A stretch of DNA of 62,349 nt, the filler included, from Basidiobolus ranarum (lineage: Eukaryota), in NCBI GenBank assembly GCA_040143965.1. It is 12 parts of 12 records of this genome, joined end to end, with 100 filler letters (N's around TTAATTAATTAA, not from the genome) between each part and the next. Parts side by side here need not be neighbours in the genome. Positions count along the whole stretch, not along the records: positions 46,877 to 51,972 come from JASJQH010001717.1; positions 52,073 to 57,165 come from JASJQH010001718.1; positions 57,266 to 62,349 come from JASJQH010001719.1; 9 more parts are not named here. The stretch is one strand, 5' to 3'. Positions 49,526 through 61,200 of this stretch are shown piece by piece. Both the position numbers and the translations under genes were made by a program. Below the pieces are notes generated by a model. It was not told the origin of the DNA. It did no database searches and saw nothing but the letters and a program-made list of their open reading frames with translations. The stretch's first letter is position 1; each line of letters opens with the position of its first letter.

Positions 49526-50545
49526 ATGCCCTCAAACTCCAAAACTACATTAAAGTCACTCATTGACAGTATACTTTCCACCAAGGGAAATATTCAAAAG
49601 AAATTATTTAATTTGGCCCATATATTACTTGGCAAATCTATTTTATACATTGGTGGTATACCTCATAGAATTCTGGAAGGTGAATTCTATTTAAATAGTG
49701 AAAAACATCCAGATCCATTCACTCACAACCAACAACTACAAACTTTATTTGGTCGATGGTATTTCCATAAGGCTGGTCCCAGCTCTACGGCCAAATATCG
49801 TGGAGGAACCTATAAAGGATTAGATATTACATTATCTACCGATTCTACCGCGACATTCGCTTTACTAATTAGAAGTTTGGAACCCCTCGTCTCTTCGAAG
49901 GAGTCCAACTTAGATAAAATAGACAAGAAAGATAAGAGAAACATCATAGAAGGTCCTTCACTATGTGTGGATTATATATTAAATCTCACCAAAAACAAGT
50001 CCATCAACGACTTGGTGAAGCAACTTGACTCAGAACTCTGGGCTTTTCTCCCGAAAGATTGGCGTAAGGATAAAGACACATGTTACGTATTAGGCTTGGA
50101 GTTGAATTCAAGCCATGTTTCACTATTACCTACTAAACTTGTTGAATCGCCAAGGATTGGTTTATCGTTAAATTCAAAAAAGCCCAGCAACCTTCAGTAT
50201 GGTATGAGCTTTATTATGCGGCCTTATCGATTTCTTTTAGAGAGTAAGGAAATTAAGAAAGGAAAACCACATATAATTCTAAAAGCATACGACCGCTTAA
50301 AGCTAGAAGAGATAAGCGAATTGACGGGGGTTGCAAAATCTACGCTTCAAAAGTATATTTGTTGGATGGAGACTGGGAAGAAAATGAATCTAATAGAGGG
50401 TATTGATAACGACCAAGATTGTCCAACAAAATGGACTCATGAAGTATACCAGAAGTACAGCGGCTCTTTGAATTCTAAGAGTTTTTGCGAGCTGTATGGA
50501 CTATGTCTACTTCTAGAAGCCAAAACCCACTACAAAACCCACTAA
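49526..50545 (+). CDS. 3-methyladenine DNA glycosylase (AAG/MPG)-fold protein with C-terminal HTH-like segment
   Basis: RILEGEFY, LLIRSL, EGPSLCV, SPRIGL and PYRF parallel AAG motifs; LEEISELTGVAKSTLQKY looks like a helix-turn-helix. Confidence 0.6.
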   Translation: MPSNSKTTLKSLIDSILSTKGNIQKKLFNLAHILLGKSILYIGGIPHRILEGEFYLNSEKHPDPFTHNQQLQTLFGRWYFHKAGPSSTAKYRGGTYKGLDITLSTDSTATFALLIRSLEPLVSSKESNLDKIDKKDKRNIIEGPSLCVDYILNLTKNKSINDLVKQLDSELWAFLPKDWRKDKDTCYVLGLELNSSHVSLLPTKLVESPRIGLSLNSKKPSNLQYGMSFIMRPYRFLLESKEIKKGKPHIILKAYDRLKLEEISELTGVAKSTLQKYICWMETGKKMNLIEGIDNDQDCPTKWTHEVYQKYSGSLNSKSFCELYGLCLLLEAKTHYKTH

Positions 50546-51165
50546 TTTCCAATTGAATATGATGATTGTAATAGTCCAATAACTTTCCATATTCGGCCAA
50601 GACCGAGCACAATCACAAAGTCATGCTCTTTGTTTGATCCTGTATTGGATTTCAGATACTCCGCAATACATTCCGTTTAATAAAGTAAAAAGCAAGCATG
50701 GCTTTGAAATGCAAAGATTTAAGACATCAATGCAGGGATGGGGTTGAGGACTGGTTAGGGATCATGATGGTCGTGCTGATCCAACTCGAAGTCGGGTCTA
50801 CGATCCCAAGTTGTGGGGCCACTTTGTTAAGTAATTAATCACCTTTGTAGCCACGAGCCACGTTATCGTACAGAACAAGGAACAGATTTGGTTGATTCTT
50901 GTGTAGGGATTTGTGTAGGCACAACCAAGTCAGATTCATATAATGACTGCATCAATAGCACCCCGTACATATCATGGATTGGGAGTGTGAAAAGGAGAGA
51001 ACACAGGGGCGAAAAAGGAAAACCAGTCAATCAAAACCGGTTTTATTAGGTTTTTGGCTATACCTTTATAAAAGACTCGTGCTACCGGAAAATCAAATAT
51101 CTGTCGTTTTCCTCACATATTCACCCACTAGGAGAATACCATTTGAACTTTATACACAAGAAGCC

Positions 51166-51756
51166 ATGCCAAGTATTTCTAGTTCTTCTAGTTTATTTCT
51201 AGTCAAGTTAGGGGTTTTCAAAGGCTTTTATGAGCTTCGTAATGCAGGGACGGAGGAGTTACTCTACACCAAACAGCGATACATGGACAATTCTGGGAGA
51301 GATCTTCTAACAAAGGTGGAGGGAAAGGTTATCGCATGGCAAAGTGTAAGTAGTGTAGATTATACTAGGCTAGAGGACCAGCTTGGGGTGCAGAGTCCTG
51401 TGATAATGGAGTGGACCTCTGGTAGCCAGCAGTGTGAGTTTACGGTGAATGATCAGTTGTATCGCTGGGTTTTGGATGGATTGACTCCTCAATGCTATGC
51501 CCACGATGGCTCCCTGATTGCAGAGATAAATACGGTTTCATTCTATAGTAGAAAAGCGTTTACAATTGATTTGTATGGAAGCACACTTGACTGTGGACTT
51601 TTTGTAATGATTGCTCTCAAGATTCTTGATAGGCTTCTCTATAAGACCTTGCTTGACGACCCTGTAAATAGATCTGACAAAACCTCGTCTACTTGTTCCA
51701 TAGGGACCACCCTTTCAAACACTTCGGTTGGATCTACAGCCTCTTTCATCAAGTAG
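51166..51756 (+). CDS. Hypothetical protein, possible LURP-one/Tubby-like beta-barrel; ATG 51166 is the likelier start than 50974
   Basis: TATAAAAG at ~51067 precedes ATG 51166; FTVNDQLYRW...DGSLIAE...LDCGLFVMIAL pattern. Confidence 0.5.
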   Translation: MPSISSSSSLFLVKLGVFKGFYELRNAGTEELLYTKQRYMDNSGRDLLTKVEGKVIAWQSVSSVDYTRLEDQLGVQSPVIMEWTSGSQQCEFTVNDQLYRWVLDGLTPQCYAHDGSLIAEINTVSFYSRKAFTIDLYGSTLDCGLFVMIALKILDRLLYKTLLDDPVNRSDKTSSTCSIGTTLSNTSVGSTASFIK

Positions 51757-51868
51757 TCCTTTTCCACATCGCCAATTCACGTGCATAGATATAGAACCAT
51801 AGAATTTCCGCTTGCTCTATATGCTTGGGAATTAAGCCAAGAATTGTTCATAAATAAAAGTCCATATT

Positions 51869-51972
51869 CTGAGAATATGATATTACCGAATTGAATTGAT
51901 CTGAGAATATGATATTACCGAATTGAATTGATCTGAGAATATGATATTACCGAATTGAATTGATCTGAGAAT
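51869..51972. repeat. Perfect 32-bp tandem repeat (CTGAGAATATGATATTACCGAATTGAATTGAT), 3.25 copies running into contig end
   Basis: Units start at 51869, 51901, 51933 and 51965. Confidence 0.95.
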
Positions 51973-52073
51973 NNNNNNNNNNNNNNNNNNNNNNNNNNNN
52001 NNNNNNNNNNNNNNNNTTAATTAATTAANNNNNNNNNNNNNNNNNNNNNNNNNNNNNNNNNNNNNNNNNNNNC

Positions 52074-54893
52074 TCCATTGAACTAATCGGAAGAAAGGAC
52101 AACCAAATCAAACTTCATGGTCTACGAATCGAATTGGATGAGATAGAGCATGCACTCTATGATCACTCTAGCATCGAAAGAGCTTGTGTTCTACCCTTAG
52201 TGGCTGATATGCGCACCAAGCACAAAGTTCTTGTAGCATTCGTAACATTTAATGACTTTTCGTATGAAGGCCACGAAGTTAAGGTATTGAGCGACGGTAA
52301 CGCTAAATCAGCTGCTATTTACATTGAAGAGGCTAGAAATCTGGCGAAAAATAAGCTTCCATCGCATATGGTACCTAACGTATGGATACCACTGACCCAA
52401 ATGCCCTCGAACTCTAACGATAAAATTGACAAAAGGTTCTTAGCTATCCTTTTTGAACAATTGGATAGCCAGTTGCTACGAGAGCTTGAACGTTCTGATA
52501 ACAGTGATATAGTTCAACCCCAAAATCAGGAAGAGGTTCTTATTCAGGAAATTTGGGCTGAAGTTCTTAATGTCCCTCAAAAGAGTATAGGCTCCAATCA
52601 TTCGTTCCGTGGCCTTGGTGGAGATTCAATACTAGCTATTCAAGTCTCTTCGATATGTAGAAGACACAACTTACTTCTATCAGTACACAATATGCTACAA
52701 AATCACACCATTAGTCAACTTGCCGAACTTGCAAGGATAAATAGCGCCCAACAGCTTGGAACGGATGAGCGTGTAGAAGGTTCTATTCCCTTGTCACCTA
52801 ATCAGCATATGTTTCTGAAATTCGAACAAGACAACATTAATCATTTCAACCAAAGCTGGCTTCTTACAGTTCAGGAACCTATAAGCTTGGATATTTTGAA
52901 TAGCTCAATTCAAACACTCGTTGAGAACCATGACATTCTTCGCTCTCGCTTCTCGTGTACGGATAATCAATGGAGCTTGAGAGTGCTTTCACCGAAAGAA
53001 ATGACATTTAAAGTTCACCATTCGCAAATTCATTCTGTAGAAGAGTTGAAGTGTGACATCCATCAACTGCAACGCAACCTTGACCTAATATCTGGACCAC
53101 TTTTCCAATTTTCCCTATACGATATGCCTAATGGACAGCAGCTGATATTCATGGCGGTTCATCATTTTATCATCGACCTGCTGTCGTGGAAGATTATTTG
53201 GGAAGATCTGGAACAACTACTTCAAGGAAAAGACTCTTGCTATAAATCAGCTTCTTTTATGCAGTGGAGCCAAGTCCTGTATGATCATGCTCAAACGCTA
53301 GACTTGAGCTCTTGGCCTAAGCAGCCAACTACCCAACCTGTAAGCTCCGACTTCGATCTGTTAGCGAAAAACCTCCAAGATACTACGCGTTCACTCTCTT
53401 TCAGACTCGATACCTTTTTCACAAAGCTAGCGAATAGATATTGCGAACAGTCCACTGGGGCAGATATTGTAGATCTACTTGTCTCTTCGTTAGCACATTC
53501 ATATTGCTCTAGTTTCGAGCAAGACTCTCTTTCTGTAACGTTAGAATCTCATGGACGTGAATTTGAAAGCAGCAGTATTGATACTTCGAGGACTGTAGGA
53601 TGGTTCACCAATTTGTATCCGATCGTTATTGCTGCCGAAAAAGACGATCCAATTATAGATGCGATTCGCCAAACCATATCTCAACATCGTCAAATTCGTG
53701 GAAATGAATCGGTGTATGGCCTTTTAAAGTATCTCAACAAGAAAACCGCTCCCTTGTTTGAAAAAGATCCACCTCAAGTTACTCTAGCCTATATGCCAAA
53801 TACTCTAAACCCTGGCAGCTCCAGGTCCAACTCCAGTTCCTTTTTGCAGCCGATTCCTCCAGACTCAAAGTACAAATTTGATCTAGAGGGTGTTTCTCCA
53901 AAGTGGAAGCGCCATCAGGTTTTCAATTGCATGGCTCACTTTGTAGGAGAGCAACTTGAAGCTACCATAGTATACAGCGATGCTATGTATGCTGAATCAC
54001 AGATACAGTGCTGGCTAGACTCCTGGCAGAATGCATTAATAGATGCCATCATGTCTATTTCAAAAGAATCTTCATTTACACATGAAGATAACTTATCGCT
54101 ATATAGCACTACATTGGGAGGCGACATCTTTGCACCTTCTCCGCTTGATAGTAATGGCACCATCGGTACTATCCAAGGATGCGACTCTGAAGAGACTGTA
54201 GATGATTGCTTGACTTTGATCTCCAATTCGAGCAAGGAAACAATGTTTATTGTGCATTGCGCCACCGGTATAGCCAGCTACTTTGAATCGTTACGTAAAT
54301 ACATGCGACATACTCTCTACTCCATAAGTGACCCATCCCTTGGAACCTACAAATCATTTGACTCGATTGAGATGGCCGCCGCCAAGTATCTGAAAGCAAA
54401 TCGTGAGGTTCAGCACGAAGGTCCATATTACCTTCACGGCTACTCCTTTGGTGGCTTAGTTGCATTTGAAATTGCGCGTCAACTTGAATCTCAAGGCCAC
54501 GAAGTAGCGCGATTAACAATTATCGATACACTGGCTCCCCATACCAAGCGACAGTTGAAAATATCTACGGATAGCAACTCTTCCCAGGAATATCTCAATT
54601 TAATTTCAACATGCGGTGGATGGAATTTAGATAAATTGGCCTCACAAATGATGTTGGAAAAGATTGAAAATAATCGACAGTTAATGAAAAAATACCAGCC
54701 CCCTATCAAAAAATTGGCCGCTGATATCGTTTTGGTGAAGGCTGTAGCAGACAACGTCGACAATCAGGAGTCGCAAGTGTGCTACGGCTGGTCTCAATAT
54801 GCAGCCAAAGTAATCGTTCATGATGTTGAGGCTGAGCATCATCAACTGATGTTTGAACCGCACGTCTCAAAAATAGCTGAATATCTCCAATGA
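52074..54893 (+). CDS. Nonribosomal peptide synthetase, terminal module A(partial)-T-E-TE, intronless, 5'-truncated
   Basis: A8 GRKDNQIKLHGLRIEL; A10-like NDKID; PCP LGGDSI; E domain HHFIIDLLSW, ESHGRE, SRTVGWFT; TE GPYYLHGYSFGG. Confidence 0.95.
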   Translation, partial: SIELIGRKDNQIKLHGLRIELDEIEHALYDHSSIERACVLPLVADMRTKHKVLVAFVTFNDFSYEGHEVKVLSDGNAKSAAIYIEEARNLAKNKLPSHMVPNVWIPLTQMPSNSNDKIDKRFLAILFEQLDSQLLRELERSDNSDIVQPQNQEEVLIQEIWAEVLNVPQKSIGSNHSFRGLGGDSILAIQVSSICRRHNLLLSVHNMLQNHTISQLAELARINSAQQLGTDERVEGSIPLSPNQHMFLKFEQDNINHFNQSWLLTVQEPISLDILNSSIQTLVENHDILRSRFSCTDNQWSLRVLSPKEMTFKVHHSQIHSVEELKCDIHQLQRNLDLISGPLFQFSLYDMPNGQQLIFMAVHHFIIDLLSWKIIWEDLEQLLQGKDSCYKSASFMQWSQVLYDHAQTLDLSSWPKQPTTQPVSSDFDLLAKNLQDTTRSLSFRLDTFFTKLANRYCEQSTGADIVDLLVSSLAHSYCSSFEQDSLSVTLESHGREFESSSIDTSRTVGWFTNLYPIVIAAEKDDPIIDAIRQTISQHRQIRGNESVYGLLKYLNKKTAPLFEKDPPQVTLAYMPNTLNPGSSRSNSSSFLQPIPPDSKYKFDLEGVSPKWKRHQVFNCMAHFVGEQLEATIVYSDAMYAESQIQCWLDSWQNALIDAIMSISKESSFTHEDNLSLYSTTLGGDIFAPSPLDSNGTIGTIQGCDSEETVDDCLTLISNSSKETMFIVHCATGIASYFESLRKYMRHTLYSISDPSLGTYKSFDSIEMAAAKYLKANREVQHEGPYYLHGYSFGGLVAFEIARQLESQGHEVARLTIIDTLAPHTKRQLKISTDSNSSQEYLNLISTCGGWNLDKLASQMMLEKIENNRQLMKKYQPPIKKLAADIVLVKAVADNVDNQESQVCYGWSQYAAKVIVHDVEAEHHQLMFEPHVSKIAEYLQ

Positions 54894-55825
54894 TCGCATT
54901 TGCTGATTTAAAGAAATGATTTTTATAATAAACGATATATTTTGATTTAACTCAGTATTTCATTTTTGGTTGTGGATGAGAAACCTATCGGCAGCCATGG
55001 CAGATCATTATCTTTATTTATGTGCCAGAGTAAGGCACGAGAAAACTCATCCAAGACACGCGGAAATAATTGTCTCCCGAAGCTTTATTCTCCCTTTGGA
55101 AAGGTTGATTGGTGTGGTTTGAGATGCATACGCTTAAATGCAACCGAATCCGGTGGGGATCAGCAGTAGCTAGTGTAAATTACGATACTTACATTCGGTT
55201 GAAGACAAATTGCATTATCACTATGAAACAACCAACACGTGAAACGTATATCACACCACTATACGACATCACGAACCATACAAATGCAAGCTGGAGCACC
55301 AAAGTATACTGCGAACTCACTATCGAGATAGAGATCACCAGCATTATTACTTCAATCCGGACTCTGGATCCAGCATAGGAGATGAGGTAAATAGCCTATT
55401 GCTTTGGACACGTAGACAATCAAACGTTGTTGAGTAAATCATGCTGGGCTCGAAGTTACCAGTTCAAGAACCTATAAAGCCTGGATGGATACACAAGATG
55501 ATGCGATATTATGAAGAAGTGATGATTTATAGATACGATTCCCATTTATGAACAGAAATACAAGTTCTTGGGTTCCCAGGTATCTCCCAAATAGCTGGAT
55601 ACTTTGAATCAAGAGAAACAGTGAATATCTTGCTATACTAATTTCAAAATGTAGTGATTTACAGATGGATTGACGTGAGTTTAGTACGACATTTCCAAGT
55701 CACTCTTCTTAACAAGCGTATCATTTCAGTATCGCTTGCGTTAACCTACATATATAAGAGTACCAAGGTGTGTACTCGATACTTCGTTCATTCTTTGATA
55801 CTGGAAGATTTATCTACTACCAAAT

Positions 55826-56613
55826 ATGTTGCTTAAAGTTCTACTTACCTCATGCATCGCAGCCACTGCCGCTGTAGCCCATGGGTGGAATCAGAGAAAA
55901 GTCCCAGTCGACCTCTATGTCATGTCCATTTGTCCAGGTATTTGAAAGTATGAAATAGCTAACAAAAAGTTCTGTTGCTAAATGATTTCTACATAGATGC
56001 GGTGAAGTGTGAAGCGGTCTTTAGCCAAGTTCTCGACCAGGTCGGAGACATTGTTGACTTCAACATCAATTACACTGGTCTCAAGAATGAAAATGGTACC
56101 TTTACATGTAAGCATGGAGAGCCTGAGGTTAGTTCATCATAATTATCTTGCTTACAAATCATAAGGCGATCCTTATACTAACACATAACTATGTAGTGCC
56201 GAGGAAATCGCATTCAACTTTGCGCTCGGAAATTCTATGAGTACCGTACTCGTGACAAGTACCAATACCTTGATTTCATCAATTGTCAGAATGAAGCCTA
56301 CAAGCAAAATGGCTCTAACGAAAATTTGGAGCGTTGCGCTACGAAGTTTGGCTATAATGCCAAGTTGATTGAGAAATGCGCGGATTCACAACTTGGAAAC
56401 TACCTCTTCACCCGTACTTTGGCCCACACTAATAGCTTGGATATCAAGGTCTCTTGCACTATGCACATCAACCACGAGTTACGCTGCATTCATGATGGAG
56501 GCTTGAAGTATTGCCCTGGTGGATTTACTGTTACCGATTTTGTTCGCGATATCTGCGCCAAGTACAAGACTAATTCTCCCCATGGCAGAATTCCTGAAGC
56601 TTGTAGAGTTTAA
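55826..56613 (+). CDS. Secreted GILT (gamma-interferon-inducible lysosomal thiol reductase)-like protein, 2 introns
   Basis: Signal peptide; VDLYVMSICPD; CKHGEPEC.GN..QLC signature; introns 55938-55996 and 56128-56196. Confidence 0.9.
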
Positions 56614-57499
56614 TCTATGGCACTGGAACTTGAGTACTGTGACTCTTACAAAAGTGCTATGGCTTATGAGTCAGCAATATAATTGACTTTTAGATTTCTT
56701 CTCCTATGTAAGGATATATTTCAAATCAATAAATACAAGGTATATTACAAATGGTGTTGGCTAAACTAACAGAAACTCACTGTGGTTTCTTCTTTAATGT
56801 GATGGCAATATCTATATGTAGCCAAGTTTTATTGCAAGGTATCGGCTGATTGTTCGAGCAAATACAAGTTGTGGAAGGGTCAACACTCTTCAGAATATCA
56901 AAAATCACAAGATATAACTGGTAGTATTTAGTGGCTTACATTTATGCACGGAAAACAATCAGGAAGAGAAGGCAGGACGAGGGAGTGAGGATCAAGGTAC
57001 ACACAAAATTGAATATCAATATACAAAGAATATACAGCAAGTACGTGTATCCTTCCAGAGTAGCTGGGCCCACTCCACTGCAAACGGAAGTGATAGGCAA
57101 TAGATTACTTGCACATGGGTCCGAATTCAATATCCCAGTATTTCATGTGCGTGGTAGGATCATAANNNNNNNNNNNNNNNNNNNNNNNNNNNNNNNNNNN
57201 NNNNNNNNNTTAATTAATTAANNNNNNNNNNNNNNNNNNNNNNNNNNNNNNNNNNNNNNNNNNNNAAAATTATATTTTTGCAAAAATTGCTGGATATTGA
57301 ATAATGCATGCCAAATTTGAGGATCAATATTTTAACATATATGAATACTGCCAAGATACCATCAAGAAACCGCCGTCACACCATCAAAATCCCTGGCAGA
57401 ATGTAAGCCAACGATATTGTGACGGTTCTCTGACGGTTTTGCTATTTCGGAGGGTGGATCTGATCCGGATCAAATCAATTTTATTTTTATTAGGGTCAG

Positions 57500-59273
57500 G
57501 ATGAGAAGGCTCTCTCAGATCTTTCTTCTGGTGGTACCAATATTTGGTTGATGTATGGTCCACTTAAAGGCTGGCAACTTTGAGTCTGCCCCAATAGACT
57601 AAGTCTTCTTTGGTGACTCATTGCTTATCCACTAGCAGATATGTCTGGATTAAGCTTTCCCTGGTATCTTTGAAAAGTCCTGCCTAAAGAGGATCAAGCA
57701 TCTTCTTGGTGTTATTTATCACTACCACAAAGTTTCCTTCAGTAATTTGTTGTAAGTTTATAGGACTTGTTCTCTGTGATAGTGCCAGATTGTGCTGTAT
57801 ATAGCATATTAGATAAAGTATTCTGAAATTTATGTGGCACAATTTGGCACTATCCATCACCCTTTGGCATGATCAATTTCAATCACATTTACTCTAATAC
57901 ATTGATCTAAGGTCCAATAAATCCTGGCAGAATGGAACAAGTCTATAGTATTGTCAAAACAAATCTTCATTTTTGAGGCACTGACTTCAACTCTAGCTTT
58001 GGCTTCAGTACTATCCTGAGTTGGCTTGTCCTCTGTTATGGCTTGGCCAAGTTCAACTTTCAGAAGGTTAGTAAATTTTGGTTGATATGTATCTCCTGGA
58101 ATCTTTTGGTGACATCTACTGACTAAATAGAAAGGGGATTCCAGAGTTGTATATGGACTCTGATATAGCTGGCAAATAATGCTTGATCAATATACTCATC
58201 CCACCTGTGTGTTGTGCTAGTAGCATACTTGGATAACATCTTGCTAAAAAGTTCATCAAATATCTTGGTGATACTGTAGGTTATTGGATTTCAGGTGCAG
58301 GACATCAAATAATTGAAATTTTGAAGTTCCAAATGGACTCTTATTGTTTTTGTCATAAAGTAAGCTCCACTGTCCAATAGAATCTCAACAGGGCATCCAA
58401 ACTTCAGCAGAATTACATTGTATATAAATTTTCCAATTTCTTCTTCACTGGCTATTGGTACTGCTTTGGCAGCTGGCAACTTACTTGCTGGTCAATGGCA
58501 ACAAGAATCCATCAGTTGCTCCTTCATGTAGTGCATGATCTTTCAATAAAATCAATTCCCCTTCTTTCAGATGACTCTATGTGCTCTAAAGAGAATAACT
58601 CTGCAGTCTCTGGGCTTGCTTCTGATTCATACAATAACCAGGACAAGTCTTGACTAGTTTCTCCACATGACTCTTCTTCTTAGGCCACTCACCTCTGGTC
58701 TTCAATAGGCTAGTTGCTCCTTCAATTCCTAGATATCCATAGCAATAGCCATCATGAAGTATATTGACCAAGACCAATCTGTTGCACAAGGGGCAGTAAG
58801 TGGCTGGCCAGTCATCAACAGCATGGTAGCAAGTTTCACATACAATCAATTTCTTTGCTTCTTGTCAAACTTATTTTTGTATTTCCTCCCTACTTATTCT
58901 GAGAATTTTTATTCTCTCAAAAGCTCTGGTAACAATGTAGACCAATTAGATTCTTCACTGACATTAATTTCCTTGGTCAAATCAACTTGAGACAAAACAT
59001 CTGCTGCAACATAGAGTTTTCTAGGGCAATAGGTGATGACACAGTGAAACTATTGCATGTATTCACTCCATTGCATAAATATTCTTGATAGTGCCTTTTA
59101 GCTACTAACATACATCAGCAAGGCATGGCTTGTCTTCACAATATTCCTGACTCCTTCTAAACAGCTTCTCCAGACTCTCAGGCAATGAATGATGGCAAGA
59201 ATCTTCTTTTCATGACCTTGATATCTCTGCTCAGCTCTATTCATCAACTTAGACTCAGAAGCTAATGGGTTTC
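57500..59273 (-). mobile_element. Degenerate Ty3/Gypsy RNase H and integrase
   Basis: PLASESK.M..AEQRY..HEK.ILAIIHCL..WR; HD...GYLG; FGCP.EILLDSG. Confidence 0.85.
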
Positions 59274-61200
59274 TGATGAAAGAGTGTAGGGTATTTTGAA
59301 GTATTTTGGGCAAGATTTGGATTTGTGAGTTAGACAATCAGGCTTTATTCAATAAATTATGTCTTATACTTAGTTTACTATAGTACAGAACTAATACACA
59401 AGTTCAGATCAAAACAAACATGCCTGTAAAGTATAGGTGAAAATTTGAGGTGATTTGGAGAAGATTTGAGAAAATAATAAACATTGGCAAAAGTTATTAA
59501 TAGATATTTCTATCAGTTAGAGCAGTGAACATGCATTTTTAGATGTCAGAATTGTGTGCTAAATATTTGAATATGATTAAACTAGCTGCTACATAGTGAG
59601 TTGCTGTTTACCTCATTCCAGCATTCTCACTCAACTAATTATTTTGTATTTCTCTTAAACCTAACTTATATCTAAGTAATTCAAATTGTGCTTTTGCTAC
59701 AGATTTAGTCCAGATGTCGGCAAACATTGCTTCAGCAGGCAATACACAAATTTAATTATATTATTTTCTATTTATTCTCCAACTAAAAGATGCCTAATAT
59801 CTATTTGCTTTGGTCCATCATGAAATGCAGGGATTGCAGCTAATTAAATACAACTTGGCTTATCTTCAAATACAGTTATTACACATTTTTCCATCTATCT
59901 TAGATTGGTAAACAACTGCCTCAACCATATAGCTTGTGGTGTAGTGGCAGAGATGGCCATATAGTCTGCTTCTGTAGTGGACAGTGTTATGATTGGTTGC
60001 TTCTAACTATTCCAAGTTTTATCTCCATTATCTTAGAGAAAAGATCACCAAGTTATTGATCCTCTAGCATCAATATTTCTTCCCCAGTCTGCTTCACTGT
60101 AGCCTTTGAAGTCCTGTGCATCAGCAGTGCCGGAGTATTCCAGAACTAGACCTACAGTTCCTCTTCAATACCCAAATATTTGTTTTACTGCTGTTTTGTA
60201 CTTGGAACCTGGATTGATGAGATATATGCTGATAGTTCCCATGGTCACAGCAATGTCTGGCCATGTTCTAGCCATTCTATACACTAAACTAACACTATGG
60301 ACTGATAAGAGAACTTCTGATTGTGATTTGGCACATTTTTGGCCAAATCAGATATAATTTTTATTAATTTCCTATTAAGATCCATTGGTGTTGATACAGG
60401 CTTACTATTCTCCATGTTCAAACATTTCAGGATGTGTAAGATATTTTTGGACCGATTAAGAAATGACTTTCTAATTGGGCTTATCTATCCTGATCTAAAT
60501 TCCATAGATAGTTTATAGTTTACCCATATTACTATCAACTATTGATTTAAGTGCTTTAGGTAGATTTGTGGCTATGATCAGCTCATTCACATGTAATGCC
60601 AACATAAGGGTCCTATTTTTGGATGTTTGGTTGTAAGCACAATGATCTATTGTGCATTTTTGGAATTCCAGCAATTTGAAATAAGTATCTATCTTGTTCT
60701 ACCATGCCCTGCATGCCTACCAGAATCCATGTAAGAACTTTTGCAATTAATAAATCATATCAGGTTGTTGGGGGTCAACAAATCCATCTTGTTGCCCCTT
60801 GTAGATCTCTTCTTCATGATCTCCATTTTAACAGGCTGTTTTGCTTTGACTTGATATAAGTTAGGATAATGGATAGCTGAGAGTGCCAGGATTGATATAA
60901 AGGAGCTAAATTTGGCTACTGGAACAAAATTTCATTAAAGTCACAGCCTGGTGTCAGGGAATAATCATTTGGAACTAATCTCAATGTGTACCTCTCTATG
61001 GCTGCATCCATTTTGTTTCTGACTTTTTAGACCTATTTGCAACCTATTGGTTTTTTTTCTGATGATAGAGGAGTTAGAACCCATATTTTTTTTTTACAAA
61101 AGTGAAGAGAACTCATAAAACATTGCTGATTCCCATAATTTTGATTCGGGACACTGCAGAGCATGATCTAGAGTCTGTGGCTTGCTACATAGCCACAAAC
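59274..61200 (-). mobile_element. Copia family A 3' LTR (59274-59623), RNase H and RT relic inserted into the Gypsy element
   Basis: LTR similar to 28452-28801; minus strand reads KPIGCK, GYSEADWG, LSTTEADY. Confidence 0.88.

Noticed and set aside
51869-51972. CRISPR array (32-bp repeats)
   Set aside because: Units are head-to-tail with no spacers, there are no cas genes, and the context is eukaryotic.
5117-57265. Regularly spaced TTAATTAATTAA motif as a biological repeat or CRISPR-like array
   Set aside because: It is always embedded in N-runs of fixed length, so it is an artificial six-frame-stop linker.
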